Both the position numbers and the translations under genes were made by a program. A stretch of DNA of 64,000 nucleotides from positions 64,001 to 128,000 of the forward strand of contig JBDHJS010000001.1 in the NCBI GenBank assembly GCA_039586795.1. Direction: 5' to 3'. Position 1 is the stretch's first letter; each line of letters begins with the position of its first letter. Below, piece by piece: positions 28,445-37,750 of the stretch. The DNA comes from Gemmatimonadota bacterium. GTDB lineage: Bacteria; Gemmatimonadota; Gemmatimonadetes; Palauibacterales; KS3-K002. The notes beneath the pieces were generated by a model. It searched no databases and was not told where the DNA came from. It worked only from the letters and a program-made list of their open reading frames with translations.

Positions 28445-29431
28445 CTAAGGTTCGCGGGTGCGTATTCCGAAGGCGCCGCCGAAGAAGTTCTCAGGGACCT
28501 TTCCGGTCACGGTTCGCGACCGTTTCTGCCGGTAGATCTGGAACGTGACCTCTTCATCTTCCTCGTAGGAACGGAGGATGCGCATCGCGTGACTAGGGCT
28601 CTGTACCGCGCGGCCGTCGATCGCCTGAATCACGTCGCCGGCAATGAGGCCCAACTCACTGTCTTCGGGAGCGCTGAGGACCAGCAGGCCTTCGTCTGTG
28701 CCAAAGTACTCGCCGAGATCCGGATTGAGCTCGACAAGCTCTAATCCCGGGACGCGCTCGCCGATGGCGATGGCGAAATTGCGGGGCGCCTGGATCTGAA
28801 CCTCGGGAAGTTCGCGCAGGCGGTATGACAGCGTGCGGAACCGATCGCTCATCGAGTCGTTGAATTCGCTGGTCCAGCCGATGGCGTAACCCTCAAAATC
28901 ACCAACGACCAACTCCGCGGTGTGCTCGTCCCCGTCACGCCGGTACTTGACGGTAACCGTGTCGCCCATCTCCAGCTCCCGGGCAAGCGCCGATAGCCGC
29001 TGTCCCGGACCGGAGAGCTCCTGACCCGGAGCGCCTTCCAGGTCGTAGTCCTCGAATCCCTCGAGCACGCTGTTGCCGTCGAGCTCGATGATGATATCGC
29101 CGGCGCGAATGCCTGCCTTGTCGGCGGGGCCATCCTCGCTCACGTCATCGATCAACGCGCCGTAACGGTCGGTCTCCGGGTTGGCTTCGGTGTGGATGTA
29201 GACGCCCAGCCGAGCCCGCTGCCCGAAGTAGAAGACGTTGCGCCCGGCATCGCCCAGGCGGGGAGCGACATAAACGCCGCCCACGTTGACGCGGGGGCAA
29301 ACGCAGTCCTGATCTCTGTCTTCATCCTGCGCTTGCGCCGGCACCGACGTCGCCGTGGCTATCAGCGCTCCCACGAGTAGAAACTGTACCCACCTCATCT
29401 CGTTCTGCCTCCTGTCATGTATGCGCTTCAT
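28445..29431 (-). CDS. Exported tandem PDZ-domain protein
   Basis: Signal peptide AQA-Q; RLGV...GPADKAGIRAGDII and GLIAGDVIQAIDG. Confidence 0.85.
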   Translation of the reverse strand: MKRIHDRRQNEMRWVQFLLVGALIATATSVPAQAQDEDRDQDCVCPRVNVGGVYVAPRLGDAGRNVFYFGQRARLGVYIHTEANPETDRYGALIDDVSEDGPADKAGIRAGDIIIELDGNSVLEGFEDYDLEGAPGQELSGPGQRLSALARELEMGDTVTVKYRRDGDEHTAELVVGDFEGYAIGWTSEFNDSMSDRFRTLSYRLRELPEVQIQAPRNFAIAIGERVPGLELVELNPDLGEYFGTDEGLLVLSAPEDSELGLIAGDVIQAIDGRAVQSPSHAMRILRSYEEDEEVTFQIYRQKRSRTVTGKVPENFFGGAFGIRTREP

Positions 29432-29457
29432 ACTTGACCCTGTGTTCGTCTCTCGGC

Positions 29458-30129
29458 CTATCGCCAGACCGAAGTGGATGTTTGAACCGGTGTGTCCACC
29501 GGTCGCGCTTCACCTAACTGGATGCCGACAAGGGTCTCAAGCGTCGCAGTGCGCTCGTTCCACAGATTGACAAGGACGCGGCGGTCAACGCCGAGCTGGC
29601 GGCTTTCATGGATCATGCCGTCGAGAATCAGGATCCGATCCTCGAGCGCGGAAACGGCGATCGCCGTCGGCGCGTCGTAGACGCGGTACTGCGTCGGGTA
29701 CGTTTGGAGAAGTGTTTCAAGCTCACGCGAGCGGTTGATGTACAGCTCGAGGTCGGGAGTCGCTTCGGCCACCCGGCCCTCCTCAACCGGGGCAACGGTT
29801 CCGTCCACGACGGGACCCGGTGTAATCGGTTCGCCGCCACGCAGCAAGATGAAGCCGGTCAACGCGGCTGCTGCAGCGAGCCCAACCGTTCCGGCGCCCC
29901 ACCAGCGACGCTTTCGCCGCTGGCTCACATCGGCGGCAACGTTCGTCCACAAGTCTCGCGGCGGCGTGAACGCGGGTAGCGCCTTCAGTTCCGCCCTGAC
30001 TCTGAAGAGGCGCTCCAGTTCGCGCCGGCAATCCTCGCACGACTCCAGATGCGTCTGAGCATGCGCCGACCCCTCACCATCTCTCTCGGCCAGCAGTTCG
30101 TGCATCTCCAGATGTCGCAAGTTTACCAT
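29458..30129 (-). CDS. Zinc-binding (ZAS) anti-sigma factor
   Basis: HLESCEDC motif plus one TM; TGATG coupling to the sigma gene. Confidence 0.8.
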   Translation of the reverse strand: MVNLRHLEMHELLAERDGEGSAHAQTHLESCEDCRRELERLFRVRAELKALPAFTPPRDLWTNVAADVSQRRKRRWWGAGTVGLAAAAALTGFILLRGGEPITPGPVVDGTVAPVEEGRVAEATPDLELYINRSRELETLLQTYPTQYRVYDAPTAIAVSALEDRILILDGMIHESRQLGVDRRVLVNLWNERTATLETLVGIQLGEARPVDTPVQTSTSVWR

Positions 30130-30665
30130 CAGTCCAACCACTCCCGCAGACGTTTGTGCGCTCTCGATAGCTGTGACTTCGAGAAGCTGGCTGTCTTGCC
30201 CATCATCTCGCCAATCTCTTCGTGCGTGTAGCCTTCCACGTCATGCAGCCAGAGCACCGAACGGGTCACCGGAGTCAAACGCCCCAGGGCGGCCTCCAGA
30301 TCGATCGGTCCCGTCGGCTCCGGTGGATTCGTGCCGATCAATTCCAAGCTAATCACCTCGCCAGAGACCGTGCGTCGCGAACGGTTCCGTTCGCGACGCA
30401 GCAGCATGAGCGCCTTGCTGACCGCCACCTGGCGGATCCAGCCCCAGAGGGAGCCGTCACCGCGATAGCGCCTGATGGACCGACACACCTCGACAAACGT
30501 GTCCTGCAGCACATCTTCCGCATCCTCTTCGTTGCCACAGATTCGGCGCCCCAGGTTGTAGACCTGGGTTCGATAGGCGCGGTAGACGCTCTCCAGGGCC
30601 TCGAGGTCCCCAGCCCGGGCGCGCGCCACCAGGGCATCGGCCAGCACTAAAGCATCGCTGCTCAT
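30129..30665 (-). CDS. ECF RNA polymerase sigma factor
   Basis: AEDVLQDTF, LHDVEGYTHEEIG, SKSQLSRA. Confidence 0.93.
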   Translation of the reverse strand: MSSDALVLADALVARARAGDLEALESVYRAYRTQVYNLGRRICGNEEDAEDVLQDTFVEVCRSIRRYRGDGSLWGWIRQVAVSKALMLLRRERNRSRRTVSGEVISLELIGTNPPEPTGPIDLEAALGRLTPVTRSVLWLHDVEGYTHEEIGEMMGKTASFSKSQLSRAHKRLREWLD

Positions 30666-30772
30666 TCCACCCTGTATAGATGCGTGAAGGGCCCAAACCG
30701 TCGCCCCTATATAGGTGAAGTTTCGCCCTATGTCCCGAGCACCTAGTTTTTAGGGGTCCCAAGCCCTGACCG

Positions 30773-30906
30773 GGGGGATTCCGGGTTTCGTGGGTTACAA
30801 GGCTCGGGGATTCGGGGGGAATCGGGGATTGCTTCGCAGGCGGTCCAGGTTTCCCCGGATAATCCCAGAATCTCGTAAGCCCCTAATCCCAGAATCCCCG
30901 AATCTT
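30773..30906. repeat. Inverted arrays of CGGGGATT / AATCCCCG octamers
   Basis: Left arm has several cggggatt-like units; right arm aatcccag aatctcgt aagcccct aatcccag aatccccg. Confidence 0.75.
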
Positions 30907-30957
30907 CAGGGCGTGTGACCTTCGCGACCGTTCATCCCCCGACGGGAGGGCCGTCAA

Positions 30958-32874
30958 ATGGGTCTCGACGCCAAAGCCGAGCGCGAGCCGGAAGCCATCC
31001 GGGAATTCACCCGCAGCATGCTGAAGGATCTTCGCGCGCTGGAGCGGATCATCGACGAGGGGATGATCGAGTCCGGCGTGCGACGAATCGGCATGGAGCA
31101 GGAGATGTTCCTCGTGGACAGCGGATACCGGCCGGCCCCGGTCGCATTGGAGGTCTTGGCCAGGTTGGGCGAGGGCGGAGCGTATACGACCGAGCTGGCG
31201 CGGTTCAACCTGGAGGTGAACCTGGCGCCGCTGGACCTGCAGGCCGACTGTTTCTCACAAATGGAGAACGAGCTCTCGCGGCACGTGGAGGAAGTGCGTG
31301 AGGCGGCGCGCAAGGAGGGCGCCGAGATCTTATTGACGGGAATTCTTCCCAGTCTGGCCAAGTCCGATCTCAGCCTCGAGAACATCACGCCCAAGGATCG
31401 CTACTACGCCCTGAACGAGTCGATGACGCGCCTGCGGGGCGGGCCGATGCAGCTACAGATCCTGGGGATTGATGAGGTGAACATCGAACACGACTCGGTG
31501 ATGTTGGAGGCATGTAACACCAGTTGTCAGGTCCATTTGCAGGTCGCGGCGGACGAGTTCGCCCGTTTTCACAATGCCGCCCAGGCGGTACTCGGCCCGG
31601 TGTTGGCAGCCTGCACCAACTCTCCGCTGTTGTTCGGTCGTCGGCTGTGGTACGAGACGCGCATCGCGCTTTTTCAGCAGTCGGTGGATACGCGGAGCGC
31701 GCTGTCGCACCTTCGCGACCAGACTCCCCGGGTCCGATTCGGCGATGCCTGGGTGAAGGATTCGGTATTGGAGCTCTTTCAGGAGGATATCGTCCGCTTC
31801 CGAGCATTGATGCCGATGGTTCCGGACAAAGACCCGTTGGCCGAATTGGACGAGGGCCGAATCCCCGAACTGTCGGCACTACAGTTGCATAACAGCACGG
31901 TGTACCGCTGGAACCGTCCCTGCTACGGGCTGTCGAACGGGACGCCGCATCTGCGCATCGAGTGTCGGGCGATTCCGGCCGGCCCAACAATCGCTGATGA
32001 GGTGGCGAATGCCGCGCTCTGGATCGGAGCGGTTATCGGTATCGTCAACGAGTTCGGCGATGTGACCGAATACCTGGAGTTCGATGACGCTAAGGCGAAT
32101 TTCCTAGCCGCCGCGCGTCGCGGCCTGAACGCCGTCCTCACCTGGACGAACGATGATTCCGTGGATGCGACGGAACTGGTCATCGAGCGGCTGATTCCCA
32201 TCGCCCGGGCCGGCCTGGAAGAAGTCGGCGTGAGCGGTGGAGACATAGAAAAGTATCTGGGAGTAGTACGTGACCGAGTCGATTCGGGCGGCACCGGAGC
32301 GCAGTGGATGCTACGATCGCTGCAGAACATGAAGGACGTGGGGACGCGCCCGGAGCGGCTGGCGGCGCTGGCCGGCGCCATAGCCGAACGACAATACAGC
32401 GGGAAGCTAGGGCACGAATGGAAGCCAGCCGAGCTGGCCGAAGCCGGAGGCTGGCGTAGAAATTACCTGCGGGTCGATCAGTACATGACAACCGAACTGT
32501 TTACGGTTCACGAGGATGAGTTGATCGACCTGGTTGCGTTCGTGATGGACAAGAAGAACATACGCCACGTTCTCGTGGAGGATGACGATCACCAGATCGT
32601 TGGTCTGGTATCGTATCGATCGTTGATCAGGCTACTGACGCGGGGACAGATCGGCGAACCGGGGATCACCGTTCCCGTGAAGGACGTCATGGTCAAGGAT
32701 CCGATCACGATATCGCCAGAGACGCCGACCACGGAGGCGATCGAGCTGATGCACAAGCATCGCTGCTCGGTTCTGCCGGTCGTGAAGGGTGGCAAGTTGG
32801 TTGGCACCGTCGGCGAGCGCGATTTCATGCCTATAGCCCGCCATTTCCTGGAAGAGAAATTGAGGGAAGAGTGA
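30958..32874 (+). CDS. Glutamate-cysteine ligase family 2 (GCS2) carboxylate-amine ligase with C-terminal CBS pair
   Basis: IGMEQE, TELARFNLE, SCQVHLQ, YRWNR, LRIECR; CBS pair from RVDQYMT. Confidence 0.85.
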   Translation: MGLDAKAEREPEAIREFTRSMLKDLRALERIIDEGMIESGVRRIGMEQEMFLVDSGYRPAPVALEVLARLGEGGAYTTELARFNLEVNLAPLDLQADCFSQMENELSRHVEEVREAARKEGAEILLTGILPSLAKSDLSLENITPKDRYYALNESMTRLRGGPMQLQILGIDEVNIEHDSVMLEACNTSCQVHLQVAADEFARFHNAAQAVLGPVLAACTNSPLLFGRRLWYETRIALFQQSVDTRSALSHLRDQTPRVRFGDAWVKDSVLELFQEDIVRFRALMPMVPDKDPLAELDEGRIPELSALQLHNSTVYRWNRPCYGLSNGTPHLRIECRAIPAGPTIADEVANAALWIGAVIGIVNEFGDVTEYLEFDDAKANFLAAARRGLNAVLTWTNDDSVDATELVIERLIPIARAGLEEVGVSGGDIEKYLGVVRDRVDSGGTGAQWMLRSLQNMKDVGTRPERLAALAGAIAERQYSGKLGHEWKPAELAEAGGWRRNYLRVDQYMTTELFTVHEDELIDLVAFVMDKKNIRHVLVEDDDHQIVGLVSYRSLIRLLTRGQIGEPGITVPVKDVMVKDPITISPETPTTEAIELMHKHRCSVLPVVKGGKLVGTVGERDFMPIARHFLEEKLREE

Positions 32875-34043
32875 CGTTAGAGCCGGCTCAATCGGGCGGT
32901 GCGGCGTTGGAGGAAAGCGAGGAGCAGAAGCGCGTATTAGGTGTCGTGGTCGGTGACCAGCCCGGTCCGACCCTTGTTTGCATAGGCGGTGTCCACGGAA
33001 ACGAACCGGAGGGTATCGCCGCATTGGAGCGCGTCTTCGAATCGTTGTCAGAGCATCCTCAGCAGCTGCACGGTGAATTCGTAGGATTGGCAGGCAACCT
33101 TCCGGCGCTGTCTAAAGGACTTCGCTACATCGATGTGGACCTGAACCGCCGCTTCCTTTATGGGAAGGCGAATACAGATGCGGCGGACCCAACGAGCGAA
33201 GATCGACAGCGCAACGAGCTGGCCCGCGAGTTGGAGTCCATCTTCTGCAGGGCAACAGATGGCGTGTTCGTCATAGACCTGCACACAACATCTGGTAACA
33301 GCGTGCCGTTCGTCGTGATGGGAGACACGCTGGCCAATCGTTCATTCGCCTGGAACTTCCCTATCCCTTTCACACTAGGACTCGAAGAGCATCTGGACGG
33401 CACACTGAGCGAATATCTAACCATCCTGGGGCACACGTCGTTGACGATCGAGGCCGGCCAACAGAACTCTTCCGCCGCGGTGGACAACGCCGAGGCGGCG
33501 ATCTGGCTCGGCCTGGCCGCGGCAGGTCTGATTCAAGAGCATAACGCCCCGCGTGTGCGTCGTTCGCGCGAGATACTGGCGCGCACGGCAAGCTCTCTAC
33601 CACGGGTGATGGAGGTATACTACCGGCAGCCTATCCTCCCGGATGACGATTTCAGAATGGAGCCGGGCTTCGACAACTTCGATAGGATCGCGCCGGGGCG
33701 ACTCCTGGCCCGCAATCGAAGCGGTGAGATCCGCTCGCGCTGGTACGGACGCTTACTGATGCCGCTGTATCAGCAACAGGGTAGCGATGGCTTCTTCGTC
33801 GTCCGCGAGCTTCGCACCGAGTGGCTGGCGCTCTCAGCCGTGCTCCGGCGTCTCCACATTGATGCGATCGTTCACTGGCTACCCGGTGTGACGCGCCACC
33901 CGACAAGACCTGAAACTCTGGTCGTGGACCGTCGGGTTGCCCGCTGGTATTCGGTGGAGGTGTTGCACCTACTCGGCTTCCGTCGCAGGCGCTCGATTGG
34001 AGGTGTTCTGATGGTCAGCCGCCGGAGGCGGGGAGGAAACTGA
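32871..34043 (+). CDS. Succinylglutamate desuccinylase / aspartoacylase (M14) family
   Basis: HGNE, DLNR, DLH, IEAGQ; GTGA overlap with the ligase. Confidence 0.88.
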   Translation: MTLEPAQSGGAALEESEEQKRVLGVVVGDQPGPTLVCIGGVHGNEPEGIAALERVFESLSEHPQQLHGEFVGLAGNLPALSKGLRYIDVDLNRRFLYGKANTDAADPTSEDRQRNELARELESIFCRATDGVFVIDLHTTSGNSVPFVVMGDTLANRSFAWNFPIPFTLGLEEHLDGTLSEYLTILGHTSLTIEAGQQNSSAAVDNAEAAIWLGLAAAGLIQEHNAPRVRRSREILARTASSLPRVMEVYYRQPILPDDDFRMEPGFDNFDRIAPGRLLARNRSGEIRSRWYGRLLMPLYQQQGSDGFFVVRELRTEWLALSAVLRRLHIDAIVHWLPGVTRHPTRPETLVVDRRVARWYSVEVLHLLGFRRRRSIGGVLMVSRRRRGGN

Positions 34044-34116
34044 ACCCGGAGGCCGCCTGATTATTCCTGATGTAGCGGCAGGCTGTCATCAGGCAGACGA
34101 CGCTCCGGGTCGCAGA

Positions 34117-37100
34117 TTAGAAGCCGGGCGAGAAGCCGAACTGCCAGAACCAACCTTTGCTGGGCCGGCTGAGCGGGCGCACGAAGTCGACCTCCAACAG
34201 CAAGACGCCGAACAGGTTGATTCGGGAGGCGATGCCGACGGAAGCGATAGGGCTCCAGGGGTCGATGTTCCCGCCGATCCTCGCTGCCGCGGACTGGCTC
34301 CACCACGCCGCACCGACGTCGAAGAAGAAAGCCATGGTGAACGGCGGCAGACTGCCCGGAGCACGCCAACCGAAAACTTGCGGGATCGGCATGCGCAGCT
34401 CGAAGTTCGCCATCAGCATCCTGCTGCCGAACAACTGATCGTATACCGGGCAACCGGCATTGTTATTCGGGTCAAAGAAGCTGTCGTTCCCCTGGAGCTG
34501 ATCGGCGCACTCGCGACTGGAGAAGCTACCAGGGTCGTAACCCCGGAGTAGCTGCTGGTAGCCGATGAACAATGGGGTGAGCCTGAAGTCCTCCCCGTCT
34601 TTGCCGAAGCGGCCGAACTGGAGCAAACGCCCGGCGAAAGTGATGTTGCGGAACGGCATGAAGTAGCGGCGGTAGTCAAACAGGGTACCGATGTAATTCA
34701 ACGACCCACCGGTGGGCGCTACCTCGACGCGGTAGCGCTGTCCAAGCACGGGCCCCGTGAAGCCGAAGATGGTATTGTCGTAGACCATCGCCGCCGTACC
34801 CGACGCCAGGTTCAGGGCCGGCTGGTTGCAGAACGGATCAGTTGGATCATCGCTACAAGACGGAAAATCCTGTCTCTCATCACCGATCTGCTGGCCGCTG
34901 GCCGTGAACGTGCGAGTTCTGATCTCCGTCTCGAACGAGATGTTGCGAGCCCTGGCGGTGAACTCGATCCGCTGCGCGCGGCTGAGTGGATACGTAACCA
35001 GAGCTTGTATTTCGCGGCTGGTCTGCCGGAAACGCAGCTCCTGTTCTACGAGGTTACCGTTGTCGTCGATGCCGACGGCGAAATTCTGCGTCACGATCGG
35101 AAATTGAGATACGGCGGCCCCCCAATTCCAACGGGACTTGCGGTTCTCGTAGCTAACCAGCGCCGCGATGTCCTTGATGCTGCCGTTGACCTGGAGCATG
35201 GTGGCCAGGTTGTGCTCACCGAGAATGTCGCTCCAGAACAGGGAGGTACCGCCGCCAACGAACGTGCCGTAGCGATCGCTCCCGACAGCTACGTTGGGTG
35301 GCGCGATGTAGTCCAGCGAAAGACCAGCCTTGTAAGGTGCCGACTCGAAATCGTACGCCGTCCTCGGCAACCCGAGGTCAGGGTTGTTGACCAGGGCCAT
35401 CACATCACCCACAGCCCGATCGGCGGGCGGAAGAACCGCCGGGCTGATGGCGCTGATCGGACGAGCTATCGGCTCCCCTGCGAGGACCTCCTCAGACTCG
35501 ATGGAATAGAGGGAGTACTGATTGCCCTCGAAGGCGCTGAATACCATGCGCTGCCCGTTCGCGGATAGCGTGATGGCTGGACTCAGGTCGGTTATACCGC
35601 TGACACCCGTCGTGAGGTGGGTGATCTGGCGAATCTCGCCGCTGTCAAGCCAGACTCTGTATACGTTGCTGATACCGTTCTGGTCCGACAGAAAGAAAAC
35701 GCTCTCACCGTCAGCCGCCCACTGGGGATTGATGTTCTTCGCACCATCGAAGCCCGGGACGTGGGTGACGGTACCGGTCTCAATATCGAGCAGGCCGAGT
35801 TCGTAGGCCCCCCACTCCAGTCGTTCCATGTTCGTGGAAAAACGGTCCGTGACGAAGACGACGTAACGTCCGTCAGGGGACCAGACGGGCTGGAGGTCAG
35901 CGTAGGGATCTTCTGTGAGCCGCGTGACCTCACGGGTCTCAACGTCGATGTAGAAGAGGTCCATCAGGCCACCGACGCTGGCCGAGAAGACGATCTTACT
36001 GCCATCGGCAGAAAACGTGGGGTTGAAGATCTCACCTACTTCGTCCACGCGATGCTCGACAATGGTCTTGCCGCGTTCGGTGTCTATCACGGTCAGGCTT
36101 GGAACGCCTCTTACGACACCGGCAAAGACGAATTCCCTGCTATTCGGATGGAAACTGCCCGCCGAGTTGATGAATTGAAGACTCTCGTAGTGCGGGTCTG
36201 ACGCGGTCTTGACGAGCTTCTTTCCAATCTCGCCGGTCTCGGCATCGGCCGAGAACATCTCGATATGGAAGTAGTCCTTCTCCGTGAGAAAGACGAGATT
36301 GGAACCATCGGGACTGATCGCCGGCGCTACGTTGTAGAAACCGCTTCCCTGCTGCTTCGAGATGAGCATGCGCCCATAGTCGAGCGGACCGCCGGTCTCG
36401 GACAGAACATCTTGATAAGCTTCGTCGATCGCCGCCTGCCAGTCGGCGATCAGCTGATCCGGCGCAATCTCGAGCACCGTAGCAAGGGCGTGCCCCGGAT
36501 CGCCGGTCATCGATGCCGCCTTGAGGATTTCTCCGACCGCAGGGTCACCCCAGCGACCGCCGACGTAGGCCCAGAAGGCGTGTCCGTACCGATAGGGATT
36601 GTAAACCGGGTTATAGAGCTGGGCGTAGGACGGCAGCTTAGCGCGGCGAGCCGCGTCGTGCATCCACATGGCGGTCAGCGTGTACTCTGGACCGAGGGAC
36701 AGGTACTCGGCCATCCCCTCGATGAACCAGAGGGGCATAGCGAGGGCGATCGGAAAACCACCGCCGACCGCGGAGCGCGAGGCCGTCGTGATGTCGAACT
36801 GGAAGGCGTGAACGAGCTCGTGGCCGAGCACGTGGTCGGTCTCTTTGAGCGAGCCGGCCATCGGCAAGACGACACGTCGTTTGAACGCCTCGGTCACACC
36901 CCCGGTGCCTTCATCGATAGCTCCCATGAGAGCCGTCGTCTGCTCGAAATCGGGGTGGTCCGCATACAGAATGATTATCTGGCGGCCGCTGAGCTCGTGA
37001 TTGAAGATCCGACTGAGGCGGGCATACCAGCGCTCCGCCATGCGTCCCGCTTCCTCAACGGCTTCACGCGCCTCAGGGTAGTAGTGGATATCGAAATGTT

Positions 37101-37251
37101 CGGTCTTCAGTACCTGGAAATCGAAGTTCTCGTACTGGACCTTGTTGCGACCGAAGTACTGAGCTTCGGCCGGCTGCGGCAGTAGTGTTGACCCGAGCGT
37201 CGCTGATACCAGAATTCCACCCGCTACCACTCGGGCACGATCAAGTCGCAT
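34117..37251 (-). CDS. Omp85/BamA-family outer-membrane protein with N-terminal zinc peptidase and TolB-like propeller
   Basis: Signal peptide AEA-Q; HELVH plus WFIEGMAEY; PD40-like repeats (PVWSPDG); barrel with LRGY and terminal Phe. Confidence 0.85.
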   Translation of the reverse strand: MRLDRARVVAGGILVSATLGSTLLPQPAEAQYFGRNKVQYENFDFQVLKTEHFDIHYYPEAREAVEEAGRMAERWYARLSRIFNHELSGRQIIILYADHPDFEQTTALMGAIDEGTGGVTEAFKRRVVLPMAGSLKETDHVLGHELVHAFQFDITTASRSAVGGGFPIALAMPLWFIEGMAEYLSLGPEYTLTAMWMHDAARRAKLPSYAQLYNPVYNPYRYGHAFWAYVGGRWGDPAVGEILKAASMTGDPGHALATVLEIAPDQLIADWQAAIDEAYQDVLSETGGPLDYGRMLISKQQGSGFYNVAPAISPDGSNLVFLTEKDYFHIEMFSADAETGEIGKKLVKTASDPHYESLQFINSAGSFHPNSREFVFAGVVRGVPSLTVIDTERGKTIVEHRVDEVGEIFNPTFSADGSKIVFSASVGGLMDLFYIDVETREVTRLTEDPYADLQPVWSPDGRYVVFVTDRFSTNMERLEWGAYELGLLDIETGTVTHVPGFDGAKNINPQWAADGESVFFLSDQNGISNVYRVWLDSGEIRQITHLTTGVSGITDLSPAITLSANGQRMVFSAFEGNQYSLYSIESEEVLAGEPIARPISAISPAVLPPADRAVGDVMALVNNPDLGLPRTAYDFESAPYKAGLSLDYIAPPNVAVGSDRYGTFVGGGTSLFWSDILGEHNLATMLQVNGSIKDIAALVSYENRKSRWNWGAAVSQFPIVTQNFAVGIDDNGNLVEQELRFRQTSREIQALVTYPLSRAQRIEFTARARNISFETEIRTRTFTASGQQIGDERQDFPSCSDDPTDPFCNQPALNLASGTAAMVYDNTIFGFTGPVLGQRYRVEVAPTGGSLNYIGTLFDYRRYFMPFRNITFAGRLLQFGRFGKDGEDFRLTPLFIGYQQLLRGYDPGSFSSRECADQLQGNDSFFDPNNNAGCPVYDQLFGSRMLMANFELRMPIPQVFGWRAPGSLPPFTMAFFFDVGAAWWSQSAAARIGGNIDPWSPIASVGIASRINLFGVLLLEVDFVRPLSRPSKGWFWQFGFSPGF

Positions 37252-37750
37252 CTGTACCTCCGTAGTGCCTGATCACACCAAAACCGACGCCAGGCACCGT
37301 TTTTAGGCGGTTCACTCCGGTGAGGCACGATTGCCGCTGGCGGCCCGATTGCAGGTGCTTGAACAAGCGCTAGGGACTGAAGATACGCTTGGTAGGCGAC
37401 CTGCGCGACCCGTGAGAGAGCGGAAATCGGCATCGCCGAATGGCCCAGCGGAGTGCGTAATCGTCGGTATATGTTAGAACGCCTCAGCGACCCCATAGTT
37501 CCGTTTTGGAGGGCGATTGCCGCCCCGGCGGCCCCCAGCTAGAATCCTCTCTTACCGGGACGATCCAATTCCGTAAATGCGAGCTGATTTCACATATAGG
37601 ACAGCAGGTTGATGCGATTTGTTAAGACGCGGCTCGCTGAGAGTGTGGACACGACATCCGAGCGCCGGGGACGACAGCCGCAAGAGGCGTCAGGTCGCCA
37701 TGCCTAAGGTCAGGCGACATATGTCCGGGCGACTCATCGCTGGCGAGCCC

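Noticed and set aside
37252..37750. c-di-AMP or c-di-GMP riboswitch upstream of the K+ channel
   Set aside because: Hairpins are present but I could not match the conserved ydaO or GEMM cores; an Rfam scan is needed.
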